From sequence record LR756501.1: a stretch of 64,000 nt of DNA; one strand, written 5' to 3'. Position numbers and translations under genes: made by a program. This document shows positions 1 through 9,178 of the stretch, one piece after another. Numbering within the stretch: position 1 is the stretch's first letter; every line of letters starts with the position of its first letter. The notes under the pieces were generated by a model. The model had not been told where the DNA came from. It did not search any database and saw only the letters and a program-made list of their open reading frames with translations.

Positions 1-363
1 CCAAAAGAAGAGATTGAAAGAATGAAAGACGAAGCTAAAGTGAATGAAGAATCTGATAGAAAAGAAAAAGAGAAGATTGATAAATTGAATATGGCTGATA
101 GTATGATATTCCAAACTGAAAAGAACATTAAAGAGTTTGGTGATAAATTAACTCAGGATGATAGAGATACTCTAAATGAAGTATTAGATAGACTCAAAAC
201 TGCTCATAAATCTCAAAATGTAGATGATTGTGACGTTTATCTGAAAGATTTAAATGATAAGTGGAACGTGATTTCCACAAGAATGTATCAGGAAACTGCT
301 TCCAACGAACAAGGTCCAAAAGCTGAAGATCCAGTAGATGTTGAATACGAAGAGGTTAAATAA
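1..363 (+). CDS. dnaK: DnaK/Hsp70 chaperone, C-terminal part (5' truncated by window edge)
   Basis: Frame open from base 1: KEEIERMKDEAKVNEESDRKEKEKIDKLNMADSMIFQTEK...DVEYEEVK. This is the typical DnaK lid and tail, with a Bacteroidota-like ending. Confidence 0.93.
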   Translation, partial: PKEEIERMKDEAKVNEESDRKEKEKIDKLNMADSMIFQTEKNIKEFGDKLTQDDRDTLNEVLDRLKTAHKSQNVDDCDVYLKDLNDKWNVISTRMYQETASNEQGPKAEDPVDVEYEEVK

Positions 364-392
364 AAAAAGAGGGACTTAAGTCCCTCTTTTTT
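362..392. terminator. Bidirectional rho-independent terminator
   Basis: Inverted repeat AAAAAAGAGGGAC-TTAA-GTCCCTCTTTTTT between convergent genes. Confidence 0.85.
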
Positions 393-2508
393 ATGATCCA
401 TAACTATAATCAGATGCTCCACCTATACTATAATTAGCACCTCTCCAATCTTTATCTACCATTATTCTTCCATCGCCGTTACATCTAGGACAAGGACTTC
501 CGTCTTGTTGTCTCCCCCAACCAGAGCAGTTCCAACATTCTACTTCTTTCAAACCTTTTGTTTTAGGGGTCTTCTTAGGTTCTTCTTTTTTCTTTACTTT
601 ATCTTTAACTGCTTTAGCGATTTCTTCTTCCTCTTTCTCTTCTGGTACTCCGTGTTTTTTAATAAACTCGTCGTATAGTTTTAATTTTGGATCTTCGGAG
701 TATAATTTATCTTCTAATTCTTTTACTTTATCTGGTTCTTTCTTTGCTGCCTTTTTACCTTTTGGTTTGGCTTCAGGTTTGGCTTCTGCTTTTGCCTTAT
801 TATCTTCTTCAGCTATTTTATCTATCTCTTTCACACGTTTTGAGGTGGGAGATTCTTTTCCTATTTTTACCCCCCTTGATATTTCATCATAATAATCACC
901 CAATTCGTAATTATCTTTAAATTTTTGCTTTACAGCTTTTGGTTTACCTTCTACTGGTTCAAGTGTTGCTTCACCCTCATCGAAGTGTACCGTTATAACT
1001 CTACCGTCATCAAGTTCGAATTTAACGCTTTGTTGATTTCTACCATTTTTAATTCTACCACCTTGATAAGTACCAATTTCCCCGTTATATTTACTACCTG
1101 GATTAATATATTTAACAAGATTCTTACCTAATTTAGCATCTTCTTCCTGTAAAAATTTCATCCATTTAGCTGAGCCAGTAAGTTGTTCAGCCTTTTTCGG
1201 ATTATAATTAGCACCAATTATAGGTTTCGAAGAACCAGAAATATCTATTGGTGGAGGATAAGGGTACCCCTTGTCTGACCACGATTGATAATTTTTATAT
1301 TGGTCTGGAGTCAAAATAGGCGCTGCCTTCTTTTTCTTCTTTTCTTCTTCCTCTTCTATAATATCGTCTTCTATAGATCCTATAATATCTTCAACGTCAT
1401 CATGATTCATTTCTGTTAAATCGTCCATGTAATATTCAGCGAATAATCTTGCTTTGACCTTAGGATCACAACCATTTACTATATCTTGAATTTCTTCTTC
1501 ATATTCGTTACCTGGAAGTTCTCCTCTTTTTTGTAAATCTCTATAAATATCATCTTCCATTTTAAGCAGAGCATCCATCGGAACATTTTCTAACTCCTGT
1601 ACATCAAATAATTTCAATATTTCTTTTTTTACTGCTGGTTCTGACCCATCCAAGAAGACCTTTACTTGTTGCTTTGACGTTCCTTTTTTGTTTTTCCAAT
1701 AGTTATTAACATCGTATGGATTTTTAATAAACCATTTATCTTCCCATTTTTCTTCCTCCTTTGGATCTGGATAATCTTTCCACCAATCAGTCTCGCCAGT
1801 TCTTTTCATGTAAGCTTCGCTCTTACCAAATTCTACAATTCCTGCTCCTCCACAAAGATCACAATTACTTTTACCAGTTGACGATTTACCCGAACCACCA
1901 CATGCTGGGCATTCATCTAAAGCATCTTCTGCGTCTTTAATATCATCTTCATCTATGTCGTCTTCATCTATGTTTTTAATTGGTATAACAGGCATTCCCA
2001 TAGCTAATCCTGTTTTTGGATCAACAAAATTATTTCTATTTAATATCTTTTCTTTTTCGTCTTCGTCCCACTTTTCTTCCCCATAAGGATCAATTGATTT
2101 CATTGCTTTATCTTTTATATCGTGTAACACGTAAGCACATTTATCTAACATAAAATCAATAGTGTCTTTATGTTGTGATCTCTTATTAACCTTAAACTTT
2201 CTATCGTAAATTACTTCACCTTCTTTGTTAGTTATAGTGAGTGCGAACAATACTTCGTCATTTAAACCAAGACTTTTCTTTATTACAAAAGTATAACTCT
2301 TCTCAGTAGATTTAGCTTCCTTATTATCTTTATCTATTTCAAAATCATCACCTTTGAGCATTTTGATTTCTTCTTTAGAAAATTCATCAATAGGAAGCTT
2401 ATTAATTCTTTCTGCTTCTTCGTCTTCAAGATGTTGTTTGATTTTAGAAGGAGTCATTTTACGTTTTAACTCTTCGTTTATTTGAGAATATTTCCTGATG
2501 TAGTCCAA
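391..2508 (-). CDS. Large acidic/Lys-rich protein with two pairs of DnaJ-type CxxCxGxG zinc-finger motifs and a DPYGEEKW motif
   Basis: CPACGGSG..CDLCGGAG and CWNCSGWG..CPRCNGDG; no HPD J-domain; TTG start; N-terminus MDYIRKYSQINEE. Confidence 0.7.
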   Translation of the reverse strand: MDYIRKYSQINEELKRKMTPSKIKQHLEDEEAERINKLPIDEFSKEEIKMLKGDDFEIDKDNKEAKSTEKSYTFVIKKSLGLNDEVLFALTITNKEGEVIYDRKFKVNKRSQHKDTIDFMLDKCAYVLHDIKDKAMKSIDPYGEEKWDEDEKEKILNRNNFVDPKTGLAMGMPVIPIKNIDEDDIDEDDIKDAEDALDECPACGGSGKSSTGKSNCDLCGGAGIVEFGKSEAYMKRTGETDWWKDYPDPKEEEKWEDKWFIKNPYDVNNYWKNKKGTSKQQVKVFLDGSEPAVKKEILKLFDVQELENVPMDALLKMEDDIYRDLQKRGELPGNEYEEEIQDIVNGCDPKVKARLFAEYYMDDLTEMNHDDVEDIIGSIEDDIIEEEEEKKKKKAAPILTPDQYKNYQSWSDKGYPYPPPIDISGSSKPIIGANYNPKKAEQLTGSAKWMKFLQEEDAKLGKNLVKYINPGSKYNGEIGTYQGGRIKNGRNQQSVKFELDDGRVITVHFDEGEATLEPVEGKPKAVKQKFKDNYELGDYYDEISRGVKIGKESPTSKRVKEIDKIAEEDNKAKAEAKPEAKPKGKKAAKKEPDKVKELEDKLYSEDPKLKLYDEFIKKHGVPEEKEEEEIAKAVKDKVKKKEEPKKTPKTKGLKEVECWNCSGWGRQQDGSPCPRCNGDGRIMVDKDWRGANYSIGGASDYSYGS

Positions 2509-2585
2509 AGTGAGTATTTTAATTTGTTCTATATATTATTTTTTTACGATAGATTTTTTTATTATATTTGTAAAAATCTGGTGAG

Positions 2586-2780
2586 ATGAACAGTCCTATC
2601 AATTATCCAAACATACACGAACACTTATTGGTTGGATGGCCAAGTGGAGAATCATTTTATATGAACGGATTGCAACTATATAACTTGTATGAGAATGATT
2701 TAATAGAATACGATCCATTCAATGAATTTTGGCGTTTCGACGATAAAAACGTAGAAAAAGTAAAAATGAGAATAAAATGA
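2586..2780 (+). CDS. Hypothetical protein (paralog of next gene)
   Basis: 64-aa ORF sharing GxPSG...Y.P..FW.F.D with the next ORF. Confidence 0.6.
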   Translation: MNSPINYPNIHEHLLVGWPSGESFYMNGLQLYNLYENDLIEYDPFNEFWRFDDKNVEKVKMRIK

Positions 2781-2983
2781 ATTTGCCTATGCCTATGAAT
2801 ATTGAAGTTGAATTGACTGGATTACCAAGTGGTCAGGTTATATACATCTATTCTGCTTATTTACCTATATTATATAACTACGGATATATACTCTATCACC
2901 CAGATTATTTTTGGACATTCAAAGACGAAGACGAACATAGAATACAAAAGATAATTCAGAAAAGAGATATCTGTTTATTTTAA
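2777..2983 (+). CDS. Hypothetical protein (paralog of previous gene)
   Basis: 68-aa ORF with ATGA overlap and the shared motif. Confidence 0.6.
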   Translation: MNLPMPMNIEVELTGLPSGQVIYIYSAYLPILYNYGYILYHPDYFWTFKDEDEHRIQKIIQKRDICLF

Positions 2984-2994
2984 TATATATTAAT

Positions 2995-3474
2995 ATGAGT
3001 AAGATTGATAAATTTTTGGACTATTATTACTTTTTAAGTAATTTTTATATGCACCCTCTTTTCTATAAAGGAAAAGAATATAGATCTGTTGAACACGCTT
3101 ACCAAGCTTGCAAAGCTGATAATGAAGCCGAACACGAGTACATTAGAAATCTTGATACGGCAGGTAAAGCAAAAAGAGCTGGTAGAAATGTGAAGATGCG
3201 TGAAGATTGGGAATTCATTAAGATTGAATTGATGTTTGATCTTCTCAAAACAAAATTCAGAGATAAAGAATTAGCAAAACAATTACTTGAAACAGGTGAC
3301 GATATTCTAATTGAAGGCAATTACTGGCACGACAATTTCTGGGGAGATTGCACATGCGAAGCCTGTAAAGACATTGAAGGCAAAAATATGTTGGGTAAAC
3401 TCTTAATGAAAGTGAGAGATATTAAAAGACAATGGTACGAATTAAACGATTTTCCTAATCAACCTTTCATATGA
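2995..3474 (+). CDS. NADAR (YbiA-like) family protein
   Basis: FLSNFY, SVEHAYQACK, LLETGDDILIEGNYWHDNFWG, GKNMLGKLLMKVR motifs. Confidence 0.93.
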   Translation: MSKIDKFLDYYYFLSNFYMHPLFYKGKEYRSVEHAYQACKADNEAEHEYIRNLDTAGKAKRAGRNVKMREDWEFIKIELMFDLLKTKFRDKELAKQLLETGDDILIEGNYWHDNFWGDCTCEACKDIEGKNMLGKLLMKVRDIKRQWYELNDFPNQPFI

Positions 3475-3731
3475 TAAATTTAATTTGTGATAGTATTGGA
3501 CTTGCTCTTTTCATCTTATTTATAATATGGGCTATTAGATTACAGATTAGACTTTATAAAGAAGAAAAGAAATGCAAAGAGCTTTGGCCCGACTGGGGTA
3601 AGAAACCAGTTAGAGTGAAATTTGAGATCAGAAGAAAAGTATGTACTCAAACACAACCTTTTATAATTGACGATAAAAATAGTATAATCTGCAATTTTCC
3701 ATGTGACGGAAATTGCCAACTAATCAAATAA
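3471..3731 (+). CDS. Hypothetical membrane-anchored protein
   Basis: Hydrophobic N-terminal helix (IGLALFILFIIWAI); coupled to upstream gene. Confidence 0.55.
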   Translation: MINLICDSIGLALFILFIIWAIRLQIRLYKEEKKCKELWPDWGKKPVRVKFEIRRKVCTQTQPFIIDDKNSIICNFPCDGNCQLIK

Positions 3732-3732
3732 A

Positions 3733-3906
3733 ATGAGCGACGAAATTAAAAAAATGGACGAAGAAATTCGTGAAATGGAACATCAATTAGATCACGACTA
3801 CGAAGATATGGCAGATAACATCCGTTTGAAAGAAAAACAAATGGAAGAAGATATTATTAAGAATCAAGAGATTCTAAAGAAATACGTGAAAGAAAATCAT
3901 TTATGA
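3733..3906 (+). CDS. Small coiled-coil hypothetical protein (57 aa, not in ORF track)
   Basis: Translated by hand as MSDEIKKMDEEIREMEHQLDHDYEDMADNIRL...ENHL*; A-rich start immediately after the upstream stop. Confidence 0.6.
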   Translation: MSDEIKKMDEEIREMEHQLDHDYEDMADNIRLKEKQMEEDIIKNQEILKKYVKENHL

Positions 3907-4254
3907 TTTATTTAACTCAATTAGTTTATTATAAATGATTTCACCGTATTTATTACCAACTTGCATACTTTCCATCGCCACAATTCCCATCTTAGATAGA
4001 TAGGTTTTACCTAAATCAGTTTTATAAAATTCAATTATTCCAAGTATTTCTTCGTTAGTGAAGTACTTATCATATATTGGAATAATTTCGTTTTCTATAT
4101 CTTTTATAACATCTTCTATATCAACGTTTTCTTCTTTATAATTTGGAATAAGATGTTTAACGGCGTTTATAACTGTTATAGCGGAATTTTCGTATGATTT
4201 AGTACCACCGTTTAATTCTAAAAGAGTTTTTATATTTTTAATTTTTTCTTCCAT
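3901..4254 (-). CDS. DUF2059-like protein
   Basis: IYDKYFTNEEILGIIEFYKTDLGK matches the DUF2059 signature. Confidence 0.75.
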   Translation of the reverse strand: MEEKIKNIKTLLELNGGTKSYENSAITVINAVKHLIPNYKEENVDIEDVIKDIENEIIPIYDKYFTNEEILGIIEFYKTDLGKTYLSKMGIVAMESMQVGNKYGEIIYNKLIELNKS

Positions 4255-4790
4255 TATTCTGACCAGTTTTCCTCTCCGTAAGGATCAAGTTCGTTATAAA
4301 CTCTAATACCTTCTGAAATGATTTTTTCTTTTGGTTTAATATATTCAGCGTCTGGATTAAACGAGTCATTTGATCTATTAACAGCGTCAAATGAAAAAAC
4401 TTTCTTTATATTCACTGTTCCATCTGAATTAACAGAACCAGCTGCTCTTGGTCTAAATACAAAATCTCCACCTTTATCTAAAATGTCTTTTAGTTCTTTA
4501 CCACAGGATGTGTTTAAAATCTTTATTTCGCCAACTACCTTATCGTCTTCGATTCTAACATTTTCGATGGTGTGGGATACTCTACGTAGAGTAGTATCAA
4601 ATGTATCTGGATAACCTAATTCCCCGTAAGCAACGTGTAATCTCTCTTGTTTTTCGTTGAACTCTTTAATGCAATTTCTCAAGTTTTCGTTATCTTGATA
4701 TATTCTACCGTTTAAATTAAGTTGATTTAAAGGTATTAGTGTTGTTGTAAATTTTTCTTTCATATTATTAGATTGCTTTTTCAAACCCAT
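4254..4790 (-). CDS. T4 gp21-like prohead protease homolog, probably catalytically inactive
   Basis: NLNGRIY, AYGELGYP (gp21 GELNHP), VSH, GEIKILNT.CG, FRPRAAGSV (gp21 VSSRGLGS), FDAV; C-terminal DPYGEENW. Confidence 0.78.
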   Translation of the reverse strand: MGLKKQSNNMKEKFTTTLIPLNQLNLNGRIYQDNENLRNCIKEFNEKQERLHVAYGELGYPDTFDTTLRRVSHTIENVRIEDDKVVGEIKILNTSCGKELKDILDKGGDFVFRPRAAGSVNSDGTVNIKKVFSFDAVNRSNDSFNPDAEYIKPKEKIISEGIRVYNELDPYGEENWSE

Positions 4791-4992
4791 CGGGTCTATT
4801 CATTGTGGGTGGATTTTCGTACCACCATTTTTCAAACCACACTTTATCTCTAAACGCAAAACATTTCCAAGCTTGCCACGCAGCCTCTTTCATAGAATCT
4901 TCTATGAATCTCTTTAGTGATTCATTCTCATTGATTTTTTCTAACCAATAATCACTCATTTCATCGTCCAATATTTTCTCAGATCTCGTCAT
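4768..4992 (-). CDS. Hypothetical protein
   Basis: 74-aa ORF in a co-oriented cluster; start may be at 4959. Confidence 0.5.
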   Translation of the reverse strand: MTRSEKILDDEMSDYWLEKINENESLKRFIEDSMKEAAWQAWKCFAFRDKVWFEKWWYENPPTMNRPDGFEKAI

Positions 4993-5437
4993 TTTTCCAA
5001 GTCCTATCCGCTGTATTTTTTAAAATGTTGTATAATTGTTCACTCATACCGAATTTCTCTTTACCAACTTCCAATGATTTCCAAATATTACCGTTATTAT
5101 TCTTTTCAGATGAAGCTTTCCAATCAAAAAACATTTCACATATATCATATAAATCCATATCATCAATACCGTTTGGATAATGCTCTGGATGATGTGTATT
5201 AACTTTATGGTGAGTTTTAAGAAGAGGTTCAATTGTTTTCAACATTTCTTCGTACTCTTTAGATCCGTATTCAAATTTATATTGTGTTGGTAATTTTTCT
5301 AACATTTCTATTTCTGGTGAAGAAAGTTTAGACATATCGTGAACCGCCGCCCTTGAATTCAGTGTGCTTGTAAACTCTTTCACTAAATTGTAGACTCTAC
5401 TTATATGTAAAGATATTGCTTCCCTAGTTACTCCCAT
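4979..5437 (-). CDS. DUF5662-like HD-related protein
   Basis: HDMSKL, HHKVNTHHPEHY, DICEMFFDWKAS motifs. Confidence 0.8.
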   Translation of the reverse strand: MGVTREAISLHISRVYNLVKEFTSTLNSRAAVHDMSKLSSPEIEMLEKLPTQYKFEYGSKEYEEMLKTIEPLLKTHHKVNTHHPEHYPNGIDDMDLYDICEMFFDWKASSEKNNNGNIWKSLEVGKEKFGMSEQLYNILKNTADRTWKNDEI

Positions 5438-5730
5438 TATTTTATTCTAAATTTTTTATGGCAAATATCACATTCCTCTCCCCAACTTATTTCGAAATAA
5501 GGGTACATCTCATCAATCTTATATCCTTCTTCTAAAAGAAGACCTTTTATAGTTTCTCTATCCATACTGTCTCTATAATCCCATCTTGTAATATAGTGAC
5601 CGTGTTTAGATTCTCTATTTATCTGTGAATGTAAACTATTAAGGTCTCTTTTTAAATGTTTAGCTTTTTTCTTCTCATATTTCTCTTGATTGGCAAGAGC
5701 TATCTGATTTGCTACTGATGCGTTCATCAT
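5437..5730 (-). CDS. Hypothetical protein
   Basis: 97-aa ORF, coupled to neighbours. Confidence 0.6.
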   Translation of the reverse strand: MMNASVANQIALANQEKYEKKKAKHLKRDLNSLHSQINRESKHGHYITRWDYRDSMDRETIKGLLLEEGYKIDEMYPYFEISWGEECDICHKKFRIK

Positions 5731-5733
5731 AAA

Positions 5734-6357
5734 TTATCCTTTCTTTTTAAATATATTTTTAATTGCGTTTATTCCTTTTTCATTTATATCACGTGTTCCA
5801 ATACCAGCAAATCTATCAGTTAATTCTGGTAAAAACTCACTGTACATATTTGTTAAAAAATGTCCACCTGTTTCATTACCGTCCTTATCTACTGCTGTAC
5901 CATACTGGTACCAATATCCACTTTCTTGATCAAAAACGTAAACTGGTATTTTGTTATCTATCGCCATTTGCACAGCCCACCCAGTGCCTCCATTTACTAT
6001 TTTCCAATTCTGTTTCTGAATAACACCAACAGCAAAAACAGCGTCAGAATTTTTAACCTGAAACCAATTTCTAGCCAACAAATTTCTAACATATGGTTTT
6101 AAATTATATACATTTCTCTTTAGTGTTTCATTAGCAATCTTAACGTGTTCAAAACCTTCTCTCAAATGCTCAGCAGTGAGGACTTTTTTATTAATAGATT
6201 TTGTATCATGCCCAGGAAAACTCCAAGCAATAACAGGTATTCCGTTAGCGATACACTCTTCTTCCCATATAGTATCAGATCCTTCCGCGCCACCAGAATT
6301 ACAATACTTTTGACCGTATTTTTCTTTTATCCAATCTTGATCGTCGAAATATTCCAT
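5734..6357 (-). CDS. SLOG-superfamily (YpsA-like) nucleotide-binding protein
   Basis: SGGAEGSD, ARNWFQV..SDAVFA, GGTGWAVQMAID, FAGIGTR motifs. Confidence 0.72.
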   Translation of the reverse strand: MEYFDDQDWIKEKYGQKYCNSGGAEGSDTIWEEECIANGIPVIAWSFPGHDTKSINKKVLTAEHLREGFEHVKIANETLKRNVYNLKPYVRNLLARNWFQVKNSDAVFAVGVIQKQNWKIVNGGTGWAVQMAIDNKIPVYVFDQESGYWYQYGTAVDKDGNETGGHFLTNMYSEFLPELTDRFAGIGTRDINEKGINAIKNIFKKKG

Positions 6358-6361
6358 ATTT

Positions 6362-6805
6362 TTATTTTATTTTTGTACTACCAAACCCACCTTCACCTCT
6401 ATCTGTTTCAGATAATTCACTAGATAATTCCAAATCGCCTTTAACGTATTCACTTATAACCATTTGTGCTATTCTATCACCGTTATAAACGTGGAAAGGT
6501 TCATTTGATAAATTAATTAAGATAACACAAACTTCTCCTCTATAATCACTATCAATTGTACCTGGTGTATTTAATACAGTAATACCGCTCTTTATAGCCA
6601 TTCCACTTCTTGGTCTGATTTGAACTTCGTAACCAATTGGAATTTCCATATATAATCCTGTATGAATCATTTGTCTTTCCATTGGTAGTAATGTAGTTTT
6701 TCCTTCGTGCACATATGCTCTAATGTCCATGCCAGCAGATCCATCTGTGGCGTAGGATGGAAGTTCGTTATTTGATTTATTTACTATTTTTATCTTCATT
6801 TCCAA
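6362..6805 (-). CDS. dut: dUTPase
   Basis: [40 protein letters not shown]: all five conserved motifs. Confidence 0.97.
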   Translation of the reverse strand: MEMKIKIVNKSNNELPSYATDGSAGMDIRAYVHEGKTTLLPMERQMIHTGLYMEIPIGYEVQIRPRSGMAIKSGITVLNTPGTIDSDYRGEVCVILINLSNEPFHVYNGDRIAQMVISEYVKGDLELSSELSETDRGEGGFGSTKIK

Positions 6806-7100
6806 ATTCTTTTTTTAGTTTTAAATATGTTTTCTTTCTTTTATCTTTACTTTTCTTAGCAAAATCTTTATCTAAAAATTCTTGAATGTAATCTGGCATC
6901 AATTCTAAAAGAGTTACTTTTAAAACTTTTTTACCATCGTGTACAATACAATTACCTTTATGCACTCTTTCTTCTTTACCGTTAAGATAAACATATTTAT
7001 AAGAAGTATGCTCGTAATTTCCCCAACAATCGTGTCCGTCGACGTAGGAGTTTTCCTTCACCAATGGACACTTCTCCATTTTTTCTATAACTATTTTCAT
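6777..7100 (-). CDS. Hypothetical protein
   Basis: 107-aa ORF in a co-oriented cluster. Confidence 0.55.
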   Translation of the reverse strand: MKIVIEKMEKCPLVKENSYVDGHDCWGNYEHTSYKYVYLNGKEERVHKGNCIVHDGKKVLKVTLLELMPDYIQEFLDKDFAKKSKDKRKKTYLKLKKEFGNEDKNSK

Positions 7101-7133
7101 TTATATTTTATAATTTTTTATAACGAAAGTTTA

Positions 7134-7164
7134 AATAAAAAAGGGAACCATTTCTGGTTCCCTT
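7134..7164 (-). terminator. Rho-independent terminator
   Basis: On the minus strand AAGGGAACCA-GAAA-TGGTTCCCTT followed by a U-tract, downstream of 7190..8068. Confidence 0.8.
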
Positions 7165-7189
7165 AACAGGTTTCCCGATAAGGAAGTGA

Positions 7190-8068
7190 TTACTTAATCA
7201 CCTCACCTGTTTCATTATTTACTATCGATACTTCATTTTCAGATTCAGTCGCTGGCTCTAAAGCCTTACCAACTAACTCACCCTCAACTGTTAAAGCACC
7301 ACCCCACATTTGGAAATCTGTGCTAAGTCTTTGAACTACAACGTTATAAGCGTTGAATAATTTAATACGTTCTCCAATTTTAGTAAGGATTTGTAGGAAG
7401 TCGTAATGTTCTTGTGTTATACCTTTCACTTTATATTTTGAGATAAGGTGATAGAAGATGATAAGATCGTTAACGTTGATCATAGTCATATAGCTACCGT
7501 CTTCGAGTTTATCGAAATCTTTATCAAGATAATTTTCTTTAACGTCTTTGAGTTGGAATACTTCGTTTTGGTCGTATTCTAATTTATTTCTGAATACGTT
7601 GAAGATAAATTTTCTTTCGTCGTTTGTTAAAGGGAACAAGAATAAAAGATCGTTTAATTTCTTTTGGTAGACGTTGAAAAGATATTGTGCTATTTCGTAG
7701 ATTTTATCTTTTTGTTCTTCTTTAAGAGATCTAACTGCGTCCACATTTGGATCAAATTTCTTTATAAGGTTCAATAAGTTTTCTTCTTCTTTATTGAATT
7801 TATCAACAAAATCTGGATCTAAAAAGGTTTTAGCGTGTTTTTCTATAATATTTTTAGCTTCTTTTAGCTTGATTAATTCTTTAACAGCTTCGTCGTCTTC
7901 TTCCTTTTTCATTGTCGAAATAAGTTCGTAGTTTGTTTCAATATCAAATTCTTTATCTGAATTGAAATCGAAGTTATCAAGTTCCTCAGTTGAAGCCACA
8001 ATAGTATAATCTTCTTTGTTTTCGATTATTTCGTCAATTACGAAATCTTTTAATTCTGTGTTGTCCAT
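7190..8068 (-). CDS. Hypothetical acidic helical protein
   Basis: 292-aa ORF followed by a terminator. Confidence 0.7.
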   Translation of the reverse strand: MDNTELKDFVIDEIIENKEDYTIVASTEELDNFDFNSDKEFDIETNYELISTMKKEEDDEAVKELIKLKEAKNIIEKHAKTFLDPDFVDKFNKEEENLLNLIKKFDPNVDAVRSLKEEQKDKIYEIAQYLFNVYQKKLNDLLFLFPLTNDERKFIFNVFRNKLEYDQNEVFQLKDVKENYLDKDFDKLEDGSYMTMINVNDLIIFYHLISKYKVKGITQEHYDFLQILTKIGERIKLFNAYNVVVQRLSTDFQMWGGALTVEGELVGKALEPATESENEVSIVNNETGEVIK

Positions 8069-8087
8069 GTTATATTAACTTATTTTT

Positions 8088-8375
8088 TTAAGGTTTCCAT
8101 TCTTTCTTTTCTTCTGGGTGTACCATTTTCAATTCTTCGTCTGTAAAATGAAAAATATTTTTAACAATCCATTCAACGTTAAAATAAGGTCTTCCTTCTT
8201 TATCGTAAACAGATTGTAAAGAAGATGCTACTGATACTCTTTTTTCAATGAGATCTAAAGCGTTATACTCATCAATCACTTCATCTTGTTTATCGTTGTT
8301 GTAAACAGTATCGAAAGCAATTTGTTCTTGTTCTGTGAGCGAATTATAAAGCTCAAATAATTCTATACCTGTCAT
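8088..8375 (-). CDS. Small protein resembling the C-terminal segment of T4-type portal gp20
   Basis: DLIEKRVS...GRPYFNVEWIVKNIFHFTDEEL resembles gp20 EILERRIN...[21 protein letters not shown] (sequence recalled, not aligned). Confidence 0.45.
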   Translation of the reverse strand: MTGIELFELYNSLTEQEQIAFDTVYNNDKQDEVIDEYNALDLIEKRVSVASSLQSVYDKEGRPYFNVEWIVKNIFHFTDEELKMVHPEEKKEWKP

Positions 8376-8452
8376 TTTCTTGTCTTTTCTTTCTTATATA
8401 CCCACTGTTTGTAAAAGTTTTATATATTGAATAAAAGGGGGTCAAATATTTT

Positions 8453-8899
8453 TTATCCAGTTACTTGATTAAAGTTGGAACTCAAAGGCGAATTCATCTT
8501 TTCGACTCTCTTTTGAGTGTCTTTAGATAATTCGTAGTTTGTTTCCACGTCTTTTTTCAAGTTATCAAACTTGTCTTGCAGTTTATCACATCTAGAGTCA
8601 ATCTTAGATGTTAGAGTATTTAAATTATCTTCACAAATTTTAACCAAATCATTTGTAGATTGATTTATATTTTGTTGAAGATCATCAAATTGTTTTTGAT
8701 TACTTGTTTCACGAATTTCAAATTCCTTGAAAACCGCGTTTTGATTATCGTCTATCCATCTTTCAAGATGTTTAAACGATCCTTCTGCTTTTTTTCTGAA
8801 CTTCATCAACTTATAAGACGTTATACCTAAAAACGTAAAAAACGCGACTAGACACACACCCAACACGGTCAACAAAATCGTCATTAAAATTACATCCAT
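8453..8899 (-). CDS. Membrane-anchored coiled-coil protein
   Basis: N-terminal transmembrane helix followed by heptad-rich region. Confidence 0.65.
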   Translation of the reverse strand: MDVILMTILLTVLGVCLVAFFTFLGITSYKLMKFRKKAEGSFKHLERWIDDNQNAVFKEFEIRETSNQKQFDDLQQNINQSTNDLVKICEDNLNTLTSKIDSRCDKLQDKFDNLKKDVETNYELSKDTQKRVEKMNSPLSSNFNQVTG

Positions 8900-8935
8900 A
8901 TTGTTTTAATTACTTTTTGTTTGACCCCCATTTAT

Positions 8936-9163
8936 TCATACTTTTTCTATTGTTATTCTATAAAGATTATCTCCTCTTTCTTTTGCCACTCTATCAGTTG
9001 CCTTATTGACTCCAAAGCAAATACTTTTCTTATCTTTCCTAACTATTATAGGACCGTAATTACCGAATAATGTGTGCAATTCTTTTGCTACAGAATATTG
9101 TTCATCTGGTATTTCTACATCTTCCATGACGAATGTTTCTTCGTCTCCATATTGCATTTTCAT
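8936..9163 (-). CDS. Hypothetical protein
   Basis: 75-aa ORF in a co-oriented cluster. Confidence 0.55.
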   Translation of the reverse strand: MKMQYGDEETFVMEDVEIPDEQYSVAKELHTLFGNYGPIIVRKDKKSICFGVNKATDRVAKERGDNLYRITIEKV

Positions 9164-9178
9164 ATTTTAAATTTATTT

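Noticed and set aside
687-1131. Short Leu/Phe-rich ORFs antisense to major genes (here and throughout, e.g. 9500..9955, 10303..10584, 27379..27705)
   Set aside because: They lie on the opposite strand of well-supported genes, and their composition mirrors Lys/Glu codons
391-2508. dnaJ call
   Set aside because: Zinc-finger motifs are present but there is no J-domain or HPD motif
4254-4790. Functional prohead protease
   Set aside because: The catalytic His and Ser positions are substituted, so it is reported as a pseudo-protease instead
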